DNA of 64,000 bases from an uncultured Acidobacteriaceae bacterium (GTDB lineage: Bacteria; Acidobacteriota; Terriglobia; Terriglobales; Acidobacteriaceae): positions 2,615-66,614 of the forward strand of contig CAWHUU010000003.1 of the NCBI GenBank assembly GCA_963832645.1, in the 5' to 3' direction. The translations under genes were made by a program, and so were the position numbers. The notes below the pieces were generated by a model. The model worked only from the letters and a program-made list of their open reading frames with translations. It did no database searches and was not told the DNA's origin. Positions 40,799 through 50,221 of the stretch are shown here, in pieces (position 1 is the first letter of the stretch; each line of letters starts with the position of its first letter).

Positions 40799-42007
40799 CT
40801 AGTTCTCTTTGTACGGCGTGCGCAGGCGCTTGCGGGCCGTGTCGGCGCGCGAAGTACTGGGACCCGCGTCGATGGCTCCGTGATAGTCTTTCACGGCCTG
40901 TTCGCGCTCGCCGATCAGATCGTGGCACTCTCCGGCGGCGAGCAGCGAGCGGATTTTGAGCTCGGGCCCCACATCTTTTGCGGCTGCGGCTTTTTCATAG
41001 GCTTCAGCGGCCTCAGCAAAGAGCCGTTGCCCGCGCAGCGCGTCGCCTAACCCGAAGTAGGCCAGCTCCAGTTGAGGTTCCGCGAAGTAACCGGGCTTGG
41101 CAGCCAAGGCAAGCAACTCGCGATAGGAATTGACTGCCGCCATTCCCTCGCCTGCATCTTTGCGAAGATTCGCCTCCTCAAGATGGAACAGGAAGTCGTG
41201 GGGATACTCTTTCTCAAGGCTGAGGATAACCTTGATCGCTTCCTGATACTTGGCGTCGCGGCGAAGGAAGAGCGCCATGGCGGTGCGTGCCTCGACGCTT
41301 GTATTGACACCGCGCTCGGATACGTCGCGAAGAAGTTGCATTCCGGTTGACTTCGATCCGGTGATGCCCACAAAGCCAATGAAAAATCTGAACGGCCAAG
41401 GCAGCGCGCCTACTACGTATTCGTAGACACCGACAATGAGTTTGGCGTCCACATAGTTCGGGTCGAGTTGCAGGACGCGCTGCGCATCGTTCTTGGCCTT
41501 TGTGGCCAATTTGAATCCGCCGCGAAAATCGCGCTTGACCATGGCGTCGTATGTCGTTTGCAGGGCATATACCCAACCGCGTGCGAATAGCGCGTTGACA
41601 TCGTTTGGATTCTTGCTCAGGCGCGTATTTGCCTCACGGATGGCTTCGTCGGCCAAGTCCATGACCCGCTTGCGGGCCTCCGGGTCGTCGCGTGTGGCGT
41701 GATTGCCACTTAGAAAACCGTCGTTGGCATAAAACGTGGTATCGAGCAGGTCCTGGCGGTAAAGCTCCTGAAAAAGCACCGCTTCAAGCAGATAGGCGGT
41801 GGCCTGGGGGTCGCCCGGATGCTGAGCGCGAATGTGCTCAAAGCGCTTGATTGCGCCGGAGTAGTCAAGATTGTAGAAATGGGTGAAGGCGTCTTTGACC
41901 TGGGGATCGTAGTTCATGGGGTTGGTATCGCCGCCCGCTGCCCAGGCACATCCGGCAAAGCAAAGCCACGCGACCACCCACGCGATCATCCACGCAACCC
42001 TGCGCAT
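40799..42007 (-). CDS. Secreted tetratricopeptide repeat protein
   Basis: Signal peptide and TPR-like helices; AAGGGAG RBS before ATG 42007. Confidence 0.8.
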   Translation of the reverse strand: MRRVAWMIAWVVAWLCFAGCAWAAGGDTNPMNYDPQVKDAFTHFYNLDYSGAIKRFEHIRAQHPGDPQATAYLLEAVLFQELYRQDLLDTTFYANDGFLSGNHATRDDPEARKRVMDLADEAIREANTRLSKNPNDVNALFARGWVYALQTTYDAMVKRDFRGGFKLATKAKNDAQRVLQLDPNYVDAKLIVGVYEYVVGALPWPFRFFIGFVGITGSKSTGMQLLRDVSERGVNTSVEARTAMALFLRRDAKYQEAIKVILSLEKEYPHDFLFHLEEANLRKDAGEGMAAVNSYRELLALAAKPGYFAEPQLELAYFGLGDALRGQRLFAEAAEAYEKAAAAKDVGPELKIRSLLAAGECHDLIGEREQAVKDYHGAIDAGPSTSRADTARKRLRTPYKEN

Positions 42008-42131
42008 AACCACTCCCTTTGCGATCACGGAGCTCACACCTAATACTTTATTCCACCAGCCATTTACGTGTTTTTGCAGTCATGGCAAAACTCCCGCTTG
42101 AGCAACAAACCGTTTGCTTTAACATGAAGGC

Positions 42132-42923
42132 ATGTGCCCTCCAGAGAGACTGAAGACGGCTGCCGTTCAAGGCGCTACTACGGCGTCGAAACACCTTGAT
42201 CCTGTTGAAGATGCCCGGCAGCGTTTGATTGTTGCCCTCGATTTTCCGAATGCCGGCGCGGCCTTTGACCTGGTCAACAGACTGGAATCGCGCTGCCTGT
42301 GGTTCAAGGTCGGGCTGGAGTTGTTTGTGGCGGCGGGTCCCGGGCTCGTGGAGCAACTTGCGGAGCGGGGCTGCTCAGTCTTTCTCGATCTGAAGTTCAA
42401 CGACATTCCCAATACCGTGGCTGGAGCGGTACGCTCCGGCGCTGCACTGGGCGCGCGGATGATGACGGTCCACGCTAACGGCGGTCCGGTGATGTTGGCG
42501 GCGGCGCAGACGGCGCTGGAAGACATGAAGAATCCTCCGCAACTGCTGGCCGTAACGGTTTTGACGAGTATGGATCAGGCGCAGGTATCGGCGGTTGGTT
42601 TGGAACGCAGTCCCGCGGCTCAGGTGGCGCTGCTGGCAAAGATGGGACTGGGCGCGGGCATCAACGGCTTTGTGTGTTCTCCGCAGGAGGTGGCCACCCT
42701 TCGATCGATGGCGGGACCCGGGGCGAAGCTGGTGATTCCCGGCATCCGGCCTGCGGGAGGTGCGGTGGGCGATCAGAAGCGGGTGGCGACGCCGGCAGAT
42801 GCTTTGCGAAATGGGGCGAGCTACCTCGTGGTGGGTCGTCCGATTACCCAGGCGGCTGATCCGGCAGGGGCGACGGAGGCGATTCTCAAGGAGATGGATG
42901 CGGCACTGCAAGCGCAGGAATAA
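42132..42923 (+). CDS. pyrF: Orotidine-5'-phosphate decarboxylase
   Basis: LIVALD, FKVG, FLDLKFNDIPNTV, PGIRP, DQKR, VVGRPI. Confidence 0.95.
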   Translation: MCPPERLKTAAVQGATTASKHLDPVEDARQRLIVALDFPNAGAAFDLVNRLESRCLWFKVGLELFVAAGPGLVEQLAERGCSVFLDLKFNDIPNTVAGAVRSGAALGARMMTVHANGGPVMLAAAQTALEDMKNPPQLLAVTVLTSMDQAQVSAVGLERSPAAQVALLAKMGLGAGINGFVCSPQEVATLRSMAGPGAKLVIPGIRPAGGAVGDQKRVATPADALRNGASYLVVGRPITQAADPAGATEAILKEMDAALQAQE

Positions 42924-43095
42924 CGGTACGGGTGATTCGAATCGGGAACTGGTACCCCAAAGACTCTAGCGGCGGGAGTCCGGGATGCGACTTCGTACTA
43001 CCCTCTAGAAGCAGAAATTGTCTTCACAACCATTGAGTCCCTGAACGATCCTGCATTTTCCAGTCCGCGGCAAGATTGGTAACCGTCGGAGTGGA

Positions 43096-43548
43096 TTACA
43101 CCCCGAACTGACGCAAGTGATGATCCAGATGTTTGTAAGTCAGAATCGCCCACTCGTCGGGCGTCAGTCGGCCAAAGAAACTGTGCGGGGAACGTGTGCA
43201 ACCGGCGGGGCCGGCACCTGCAAAGCGGTCGATGAGAACAGCCAGGCGTTCGCGTTCTGTCTGCAGATCGGGTTCATCCACAACTAATAGATCTTTGGCG
43301 GTAGGTGCGTTTTGCCGAATTGGCGCGTCGTTGCCGAGCACTCTCGATTTGATCATGCGACCGAGGATGCTGGACAACCCCACGGGCGGCGGAATGCGGT
43401 CGCCGACAGCCCACTCCATGGCAGCTGCACAGTGGGCGACGGCCTGCGGTGCACTCATTTTGCCCCACCGACGGGGGCTATCCGGTTGCAGGCCGGCGAG
43501 CCGTTGTTTGATCTCCGCGACGTCCGATTGTCGATACAGATTGCGCAT
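43096..43548 (-). CDS. DUF1569 / DinB-superfamily protein
   Basis: WGKMSAPQAVAHC...HSFFGRLTPDEWAILTYKHLDHHLRQFGV. Confidence 0.85.
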   Translation of the reverse strand: MRNLYRQSDVAEIKQRLAGLQPDSPRRWGKMSAPQAVAHCAAAMEWAVGDRIPPPVGLSSILGRMIKSRVLGNDAPIRQNAPTAKDLLVVDEPDLQTERERLAVLIDRFAGAGPAGCTRSPHSFFGRLTPDEWAILTYKHLDHHLRQFGV

Positions 43549-43645
43549 GAATCCAGTTAAATGGAAACCGGCGCACTGAGCAAGCGTCACCGTTTTACCC
43601 AAAGCTACCTTCTTTCGCTCCTTAAGAGAGATTGAGCGTCTGCTA

Positions 43646-44956
43646 CTAACGTTCCTCGGCGCGCAGGGCCAGGCCGTGGGCGACTGAGGTGAACTCGTTA
43701 CCGCCGCAGATGCGGTCTATCCCGAAGCGGGTTTCGAAGATGCGGCGTACCGCCGGTACAAATGAGCTTCCGCCGGTCAGGAATACGCGATCAACTTCGC
43801 GACGGTCAATACCGGAATTGCTGAGTAACGTGTCGATGGATGTTTCGATGGCCTGCAGATCGTCGGCTATCCATCGTTCGAACTCGTCGCGAGTGACGGG
43901 GATGCGCAGATCCAGACTGCCTTCGCGAAAACGGAACTCGGCAGCATCGTCGCGAGAGAGCTGGAACTTAACCTGTTGCACTGCCTGATGGAGTTGGTAG
44001 CCGAGATCCTCTTCGATGAGTGCTATCAGGGCCTGAATCTTCTCAGGCTCCAACGCGCGAATGCTGGCACTCTTCAGAATCTCCCGCACATTGTTCGTCC
44101 GCAGGAACGACAGGTAATGCCAGCGTTCAAGATTGGCGTAGATCCACGCCGGCACAGCGGTCAGGATCTTGCCGAGCGATCTGGCCTGAGAATCGGAGCC
44201 AAGCGCCGGCGACACAAGTTTGCGAACAATGCGGGCGTCGAAAGCGTCGCCGGCAATGCCCACACCGCTATTGCCGAGCAGGTCTTCAGGAGTCCGCCCG
44301 CGACGGCGCACGTTAGCGCCAACGCGGAGTAGAGAGAAGTCGCTGGTACCGCCACCGAAGTCGCCGATCAGGATCAGCTCGTCGTGATCAAGCGACGCTT
44401 CATAAGCGCAGGCCGCCGCAACCGGCTCCATTTCAAAATCCACGTCCTCAAAACCAGCGGCCAAGAACGCCGCGCGCAATCGAGACACCGCGAAGTCATC
44501 GTCCTCAACCGATTCAGCGCCTACAAAGCGAACCGGACGACCCACCATTGCGTAACGGACAGGTCTGCCGAAGTGACTTTCCGCATTGACCCGCAGATCG
44601 GAGATCATGCGTGCGACCAGATCCTCAAGCTTGTAGCGACGTCCGAATACTTCGGTTCCGGTAAGCGAGCGACTGGAGAGGTGAGATTTGAGCGACTGGA
44701 TGAGCCGCCCCTTCTCTTCGGCCTGAAGGTATCGCTCGATTGCTGTAGACCCGGTATAGGCGTGAGCTTTGCGTGGGCCCTTTCCTGCGTTGAGAAGTTC
44801 AAGATAGAGAACCGAGCGAACTGATTCGATTGGACCCTTAAGCGAGGGGAAAGACGCCAGCTGGATCTCAGAATCTTGATTCAATATCGCCACAGAACTG
44901 TTGGTTGTGCCAAAGTCGAATCCAACGGCGCCCATGTGGCTTCGAGTTGTTTGCAT
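43646..44956 (-). CDS. Hsp70-family protein (YegD-like, ATPase domain only)
   Basis: GFDFGTTNS, GRPVRF, EPVAAA, DFGGGTSDF, LTGGSS. Confidence 0.88.
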   Translation of the reverse strand: MQTTRSHMGAVGFDFGTTNSSVAILNQDSEIQLASFPSLKGPIESVRSVLYLELLNAGKGPRKAHAYTGSTAIERYLQAEEKGRLIQSLKSHLSSRSLTGTEVFGRRYKLEDLVARMISDLRVNAESHFGRPVRYAMVGRPVRFVGAESVEDDDFAVSRLRAAFLAAGFEDVDFEMEPVAAACAYEASLDHDELILIGDFGGGTSDFSLLRVGANVRRRGRTPEDLLGNSGVGIAGDAFDARIVRKLVSPALGSDSQARSLGKILTAVPAWIYANLERWHYLSFLRTNNVREILKSASIRALEPEKIQALIALIEEDLGYQLHQAVQQVKFQLSRDDAAEFRFREGSLDLRIPVTRDEFERWIADDLQAIETSIDTLLSNSGIDRREVDRVFLTGGSSFVPAVRRIFETRFGIDRICGGNEFTSVAHGLALRAEER

Positions 44957-45034
44957 TGTCTCTATCATTTCGTAATGGAGTGGAACGTCAGGCTTGCTGC
45001 GTTTGACCAGCCAGTGGAATAGGATTTCGAAATT

Positions 45035-45165
45035 GCATTCCCTCAAGGGCTGAAGTTCATTGATCTTGTGCCGGTCGCGGCACGAGTCAACTCGTGCCCG
45101 GATTCAAAACGCCCGAGGAGTTGAGTACTTTCGCAGCCTCTGATGCCGTGCTCTTTCGAAACAGC
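45035..45165. repeat. Degenerate REP-like extragenic palindromic element
   Basis: GGCACGAG-tcaa-CTCGTGCC hairpin (45079-45098) flanked by CCCTCAAGGGCTGAAG and CGCAGCCTCTGATGCCGTGC; recalled resemblance to acidobacterial GGCACGnCTnAAGnCGTGCC repeats. Confidence 0.5.
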
Positions 45166-45192
45166 GCATTCTCTGAATTGTGCATCTGCCAC

Positions 45193-45228
45193 CAACAAAA
45201 AGCCCGGCAGGTTGCCAGGCTTTTGTTT
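45193..45228 (-). terminator. Intrinsic terminator of the small zinc-ribbon gene
   Basis: Minus strand GCCTGGCA-acc-TGCCGGGC-TTTTTGTT. Confidence 0.8.
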
Positions 45229-45250
45229 TGCTCAAACTTATGAGTGCTAC

Positions 45251-45430
45251 TTAAAGTTTTTCGTAGAACTCGCAGGCAGAACACGAGATATAGACACCGC
45301 CTGGGATGTTGCGTTCGCGGTCCTTAACGCGCTTGACGATGCGCGTGGGCTTGCCACACTTGGGGCAGTCAGTGGACTTCGTCGTGTCCATTACCTTCTT
45401 ACGATCACCAGTCTTTGCAATCTTTGCCAT
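45251..45430 (-). CDS. Small basic zinc-ribbon protein, 59 aa (not in ORF track)
   Basis: MAKIAKTGDRKKVMDTTKSTDCPKCGKPTRIVKRVKDRERNIPGGVYISCSACEFYEKL; AAGGAG upstream, two CxxC pairs, own terminator. Confidence 0.85.
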   Translation of the reverse strand: MAKIAKTGDRKKVMDTTKSTDCPKCGKPTRIVKRVKDRERNIPGGVYISCSACEFYEKL

Positions 45431-45590
45431 GGGTTGGGTGTTTCTCCTTCGTAAAGTGTCTCTGCACTCACGCGCAGCAGAGTGCGCGCGGCTTCAACGT
45501 CGCGGTCATGTGCTGCCCTTCATTGCAATGGAATTGCGCGGAAGGCGCGGGACTCGCTAACTTCAGTTTACATGAATCCAGCCCGCAATT

Positions 45591-46874
45591 TCAGTTGGTC
45601 TTGTTCGTCTGCGGGGTCTGGCCGGTGGTCTGCTGCTGCGAATCCTGTACCGTGTCAGGATTGTAGCCGGGGACATCCTGTGGCTTCTCCTTGGGCATCT
45701 GCACCGGGCGCATTGTGTCGCGATTTCTCTGGCCCGGCGGAAGTCTTGAATCCTGCGGGTCGGTTGGAAGCTGCTCACCCGGCTTGCGCAGCGTGGGAGG
45801 CGGAGCGGGAGCCTGCCTGTCGGGATCGCGATGCACATCGCCTTCCTGCACGACCTTGATGTTGTTGTCGGCAACGACCGGTCCGCCGCCGGTACGCATC
45901 ATGCCAGACACCACATCCTTGGTAAAAACCTCCGGAGGCTCGCCGACTTTTGCGATTTCAACGCGGATGACACGGTTGCCATTGATGCGTACGAACTCGA
46001 CTTCCTGAGGAGGCATGCCGTAGATCCACTCTTCAAACGGCATCTGGCCATCCATTTCGCGCGACTTGGCCCGCGGGGCTCCTTTGGCAAACATCACCAT
46101 CTCGGTGCTCATTCCCACCATTACCTTGTGGTTCAGAATGGCGTCCTTGAGCGGAGTCGGAAGCGTATCGGTGAATGCCTGAACGGGCGTCTTCACATCG
46201 AACGAGATAAGCGGAGCAAGAAGATCCTTGACCTGCTTACCGGTCACGGCCGGTACCGAGTGCCCAAAGTCAAGGGTCAGGCGCGCACCCTGCGGATCTT
46301 TCAGGTCCTGGACGACGGGATTGGTGTAATTGGGATTTGTCCCTATCGAAATGTGACGCAGGAAGCGATGCTTGGCGTCGGGTCCGCCATTCAACTGGAA
46401 GATCATCTTTCCGTGGTCGATTTTTAGATCGGTAATCACAACGCGGTCTCCAGGCTTGGCGGAGATGCCGTTGTTGATGGCCATGTCGAGGTACTTATCG
46501 CCCGCCGGATTGAGCTTGCCGTTAGCGACAAGAGTGATGCCTTTGTGACCACGCGGGAATGGGCGCATGGCGAATCCCTGTTCCGCTTCAAGCACCCGAA
46601 TCAGTTCATGGCGGTTTCTCTCATCCATGGGAGCGGTGGGCAACTCGACTTTGGTCGGCGTGATCTGCGCATAGCGCAGGTCAACATGGTCCCCTTCACC
46701 GTCCGGCACGGCAACTGGACCGCCATTCTTGGTGTCGATAGTAATGACCTGCGCGGCAGCCGACCACACAGCGCACGTTCCCGCCGCCGCGCAAACCAGC
46801 GCAATCAACCTGACGCAGCGAAGGCGATGGAACCAAAAAGGACGAGCGTGCGTGCTGGAGAATGCCCGGATCAT
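45591..46874 (-). CDS. Secreted hypothetical protein with Pro/Gln-rich tail
   Basis: GGAGG RBS, signal peptide, VGMSTEMVMFAKGAP...EEWIYG BamE/SmpA-like segment. Confidence 0.75.
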   Translation of the reverse strand: MIRAFSSTHARPFWFHRLRCVRLIALVCAAAGTCAVWSAAAQVITIDTKNGGPVAVPDGEGDHVDLRYAQITPTKVELPTAPMDERNRHELIRVLEAEQGFAMRPFPRGHKGITLVANGKLNPAGDKYLDMAINNGISAKPGDRVVITDLKIDHGKMIFQLNGGPDAKHRFLRHISIGTNPNYTNPVVQDLKDPQGARLTLDFGHSVPAVTGKQVKDLLAPLISFDVKTPVQAFTDTLPTPLKDAILNHKVMVGMSTEMVMFAKGAPRAKSREMDGQMPFEEWIYGMPPQEVEFVRINGNRVIRVEIAKVGEPPEVFTKDVVSGMMRTGGGPVVADNNIKVVQEGDVHRDPDRQAPAPPPTLRKPGEQLPTDPQDSRLPPGQRNRDTMRPVQMPKEKPQDVPGYNPDTVQDSQQQTTGQTPQTNKTN

Positions 46875-47063
46875 GGGAGCCTCCCACGTAATTCCACTAT
46901 TATGGCGCAAAACTACAGAACCGGTCAGCCCTCAGGATAGCCGTTTGCGAATTCCCGGGCTCAAATGGTTCGATGCTATCGAAGTGAACAGGGTGAGCCA
47001 CATCGGCTTGGCGGCTTTGCAGTCTAAAACTGCGGATATTGGTGAAATTGAAGGGCCGGCCGA

Positions 47064-48104
47064 TCAGGACGCGGCTTCGGAACCGTGATCTGCATTCTGT
47101 TTAGGCTCAACGCCGGAGGGGGGAGCTGGGCCAATCTGGACCAGGGCCGGGGCGGCTGGTTCCGCCGGGCCCATTCCAGCTGTGTGCTGTGCCTGTGCTG
47201 CTGGGCTCAGATCGACTGGAATGCCTCCCGGAACGATTTGCGGAGCGTTGTAGCGATAGTTGAGATCGCGGGTAATACGAAACACCACGGGCAGCGCCAC
47301 GAGGATGAAAATTACGGTGATCCAACTGTTTTCGAGTCCAAAGCCGCCGCCGGTTACCCAGAACGGGCCCATGGGATTGCCTTGAATGACCGGCGACTTG
47401 TTGTTCACGCCTGTCACTGCCAAGCCGAAGAGCAAGGCTCGGCTCGCCTTCCAGCCGAAGTTGAGGCCCCAGCTTACCCACAATGCCGAGGTTCTGAGAT
47501 AGGCAGCCGAAAGCACCAGAGAGATTGCCAGGGAGACAAAGATGCTGATGCGGCTGGCTCCGGGCAGGAGCGATTGCACGATTGCGTAATATGCGGCGAA
47601 GCCGAGCGATGCGCCGATGGGGCCGACAGCATGCACAAAGCGCTGGAATCCATATCCACGGAAGGCTACTTCTTCAACCAGGGTAGCGAAGACGAAGAAA
47701 GCGGCGTCTGCGACGAGCCAACCCCACGAAGAGGCGTCAGTGGAGAGAGATATTGCGATTCCCCCGATGAGGACCATGGGCAGAACGCAGGCAATTGCGA
47801 GTCCCCAACCGGTGGCCAGGCCCAGACCGATTTCTTTGAGCCATCCTTCCCGACGCGGCAAGCCCTGTGCGCTGAAGGGGTGCAACTGGCGGTTCATCCA
47901 GAAGCCCATGGACGAGTAGCCGACGATCAGGAGGAATGCGAGGATCGCCTGCTCAACCAGCGGAAACCACGAGTAGGATGCAAAACCCGCGGCACTGTGC
48001 GACGCGAGCGATCTGGCGATAAAGAAATAGAAGACCGCAAAGATGAATTGGAAATAGGCCCGAATGCGGCTGTCGGGCTTCGGCGTGGCATTAGGCGCAC
48101 TCAT
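47064..48104 (-). CDS. CPBP (Abi/CAAX) family intramembrane protease homolog, degenerate
   Basis: EEVAFRGY motif, multiple TMs, TGGGFGLE; His/Asn motifs replaced. Confidence 0.8.
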   Translation of the reverse strand: MSAPNATPKPDSRIRAYFQFIFAVFYFFIARSLASHSAAGFASYSWFPLVEQAILAFLLIVGYSSMGFWMNRQLHPFSAQGLPRREGWLKEIGLGLATGWGLAIACVLPMVLIGGIAISLSTDASSWGWLVADAAFFVFATLVEEVAFRGYGFQRFVHAVGPIGASLGFAAYYAIVQSLLPGASRISIFVSLAISLVLSAAYLRTSALWVSWGLNFGWKASRALLFGLAVTGVNNKSPVIQGNPMGPFWVTGGGFGLENSWITVIFILVALPVVFRITRDLNYRYNAPQIVPGGIPVDLSPAAQAQHTAGMGPAEPAAPALVQIGPAPPSGVEPKQNADHGSEAAS

Positions 48105-48270
48105 GGACACCTCCGCGCGCGATCGATGTGGAGATGACCACGGGAACCTGCCGGATTCGTTGGGGACGTAAAGCCACCCCATGTGCCATGACATTCCGTC
48201 AGGAGTTTGACCATTTCAATCCGTTTTGCCACCAGAGATTTCGGGTACCGGGAGCAGTACGTCAAGGGAA

Positions 48271-49116
48271 TTAGCTTTCCGTATAAAACTGCGCGATGTT
48301 GCGGAACTTGTGTTGCCGTGCAGATACCAGAGCCTCGATTGGGATACTCTTTAACTCTTCAAGATGTTTCCTGAGGACTGCGCCCACCATGCCCGTGCCA
48401 GTTTCGTGATCGGCATGGATGCCTTCAGGAGGTTCGCTGAGGATCTCATCGACGCAACCAAGCGCCGCAACTTCCGGGGCGGAGATCCGCATTGCTTCAG
48501 CTGCCAGCTGTTTGTGTGATGCATCGCGCCACATGATGGCGGCGCAAGACTCCGGCGTGATGACGAAATAAAGCGAGTTCTCGAGAATCAGCACGCGGTC
48601 GGCAACGGCCAGAGCGAGAGCGCCACCCGATCCACCTTCACCACTGATGAGAGAGATGGTGGGAACGCGAAGACGCGACATTTCAAAGATGCTGCGGGCG
48701 ATGGCCTCAGCCTGCCCGCGTTCTTCAGCGCCGAGACCGGGAAATGCGCCGGGGAGATCGATAAACGAGATGACAGGGCGGTTGTATTTCTCGGCAATCT
48801 TCATGCAACGGAGGGCTTTTCGATATCCCTCCGGGTGCGGCATACCGAAGTTGCGCTTGACGCGCTCCTTGGTGGTGCCACCCTTCCGGTTACCGATGAC
48901 CAGGACCTCATGCTCGCCCAGACGGGCCATGCCGCAGGCTACCGCTTCATCGTCGCCGAATGCGCGATCCCCGTGTATCTCGCTGAAATCCGTAAAGATC
49001 CGCTCGATGAATTCCATGGGGTAAGGCCGTTGGGGATGGCGCGCCCTTTCAATTCTGACCCACGCCGGAGAGCTTTTCTCTGCTGCGTGAGAAGACCCAA
49101 ATTCGTGATCGCTCAT
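48271..49116 (-). CDS. accA: Acetyl-CoA carboxylase carboxyltransferase alpha subunit
   Basis: ARHPQRP, NFGMPHPEGYRKA, AEERGQ, GEGGSGGALA. Confidence 0.95.
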   Translation of the reverse strand: MSDHEFGSSHAAEKSSPAWVRIERARHPQRPYPMEFIERIFTDFSEIHGDRAFGDDEAVACGMARLGEHEVLVIGNRKGGTTKERVKRNFGMPHPEGYRKALRCMKIAEKYNRPVISFIDLPGAFPGLGAEERGQAEAIARSIFEMSRLRVPTISLISGEGGSGGALALAVADRVLILENSLYFVITPESCAAIMWRDASHKQLAAEAMRISAPEVAALGCVDEILSEPPEGIHADHETGTGMVGAVLRKHLEELKSIPIEALVSARQHKFRNIAQFYTES

Positions 49117-49254
49117 CTGTACCCTATAGGGCTGACGGCAGTTACGCCATTTGCCCCTCCTTGATTCTACAGGCAATGGGGCACCTGGAACAGAGGAACC
49201 GGGATTGGTGACCCGAAAGTCCGGCTCCGGATGCCAAGATGAGTTGGCGGATTG

Positions 49255-50187
49255 TTACTTTGCGCTGAAGTAGCGGTCGTGATTCGAACCGTGGATGGAC
49301 GAATGGCAATCCGTGCACGGCGTGGCTGAGCTGGGCGTGTGAGCAGCGTTGACCTGGGTATCGGAGACTGTCGCCGCGGGCATATGGCACTCCAGGCAGA
49401 TGGTGTTGATTTTTGCCTGTTTCATGAGCTTCGGATTTGCTCCGCCATGCGGTGTATGGCAGGCTGTGCAGCCTTCCTGACGGACTGCACCATGCTGGTA
49501 CTTGAATGGTCCGGCAAGACTTGTATGGCATTTGAGGCAAGTGGAGTTACGGCGCGCGATGGCCGACTCCAACTGCGGCTGCAACACGCCGTGCGGATCG
49601 TGGCAGGATGTGCAGCTCATGCCTCCTTCGCTCAACTTGTGATGGACCGGCTCAGAGAACTGAGATTTAACGCCGGCATGGCATTGATAGCAGAGCGCGG
49701 GCTGCGCTGCCTTAAGCAACTTCCCTGCCTTACCTGCATGAACGGAGTGGCAACTGACGCAGCCGATATTTGCCTTGGCGTGCGCGGAACGGGCGAAATC
49801 GGGATGCCGGCCGGAGTGGCAGGTTTGGCAGAGTGCGTCTGCCTGCTGTGCAGTGAATCTGGAAGGATTCTTGATCTGGGTTATGTCGCCGTTGCTGTCT
49901 GCGTGTGCCTTTCCGTCGCCATGACAACTTGCACAGGTGATACCGCTGCCGGCATGCGCAGGTGATGCCGCGCCGTGCGGAGTATCCGCGAATCCTTTGA
50001 CCAGATCCGCATGGCAACTTGCGCAGGAGTTGGCCGGCACCTGTCCGTGTGCCGTAGCTGCTACGGAAATCACGATTCCGGACAGAAGGGACGCCAGGCG
50101 TAGCGCAGTCAATCTGCGCAGAGCTGCGCCGAGACACTTCCGAGCGACGATGCGAAGAAAAGGCATGGGGCTTGAGGTTTGCCCCAA
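49255..50187 (-). CDS. DmsE/MtrA-family decaheme c-type cytochrome (start may be ATG 50166)
   Basis: Signal peptide ending AHG-Q; ten CxxCH (CASCH, CASCH, CQTCH, CVSCH, CYQCH, CTSCH, CLKCH, CTACH, CLECH, CTDCH); GPFKYQH and IHGSNH family motifs. Confidence 0.9.
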   Translation of the reverse strand: MGQTSSPMPFLRIVARKCLGAALRRLTALRLASLLSGIVISVAATAHGQVPANSCASCHADLVKGFADTPHGAASPAHAGSGITCASCHGDGKAHADSNGDITQIKNPSRFTAQQADALCQTCHSGRHPDFARSAHAKANIGCVSCHSVHAGKAGKLLKAAQPALCYQCHAGVKSQFSEPVHHKLSEGGMSCTSCHDPHGVLQPQLESAIARRNSTCLKCHTSLAGPFKYQHGAVRQEGCTACHTPHGGANPKLMKQAKINTICLECHMPAATVSDTQVNAAHTPSSATPCTDCHSSIHGSNHDRYFSAK

Positions 50188-50221
50188 ATACTAACACCAG
50201 AGACGCGGAACGAGCCACCCT

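Noticed and set aside
42924-43095. GC-rich segment after pyrF containing GATTCGAATC, considered as a tRNA fragment or att site
   Set aside because: No cloverleaf, CCA end or matching direct repeat found.
47085-48137. 350-aa plus-strand ORF
   Set aside because: Antisense shadow of the CPBP gene.
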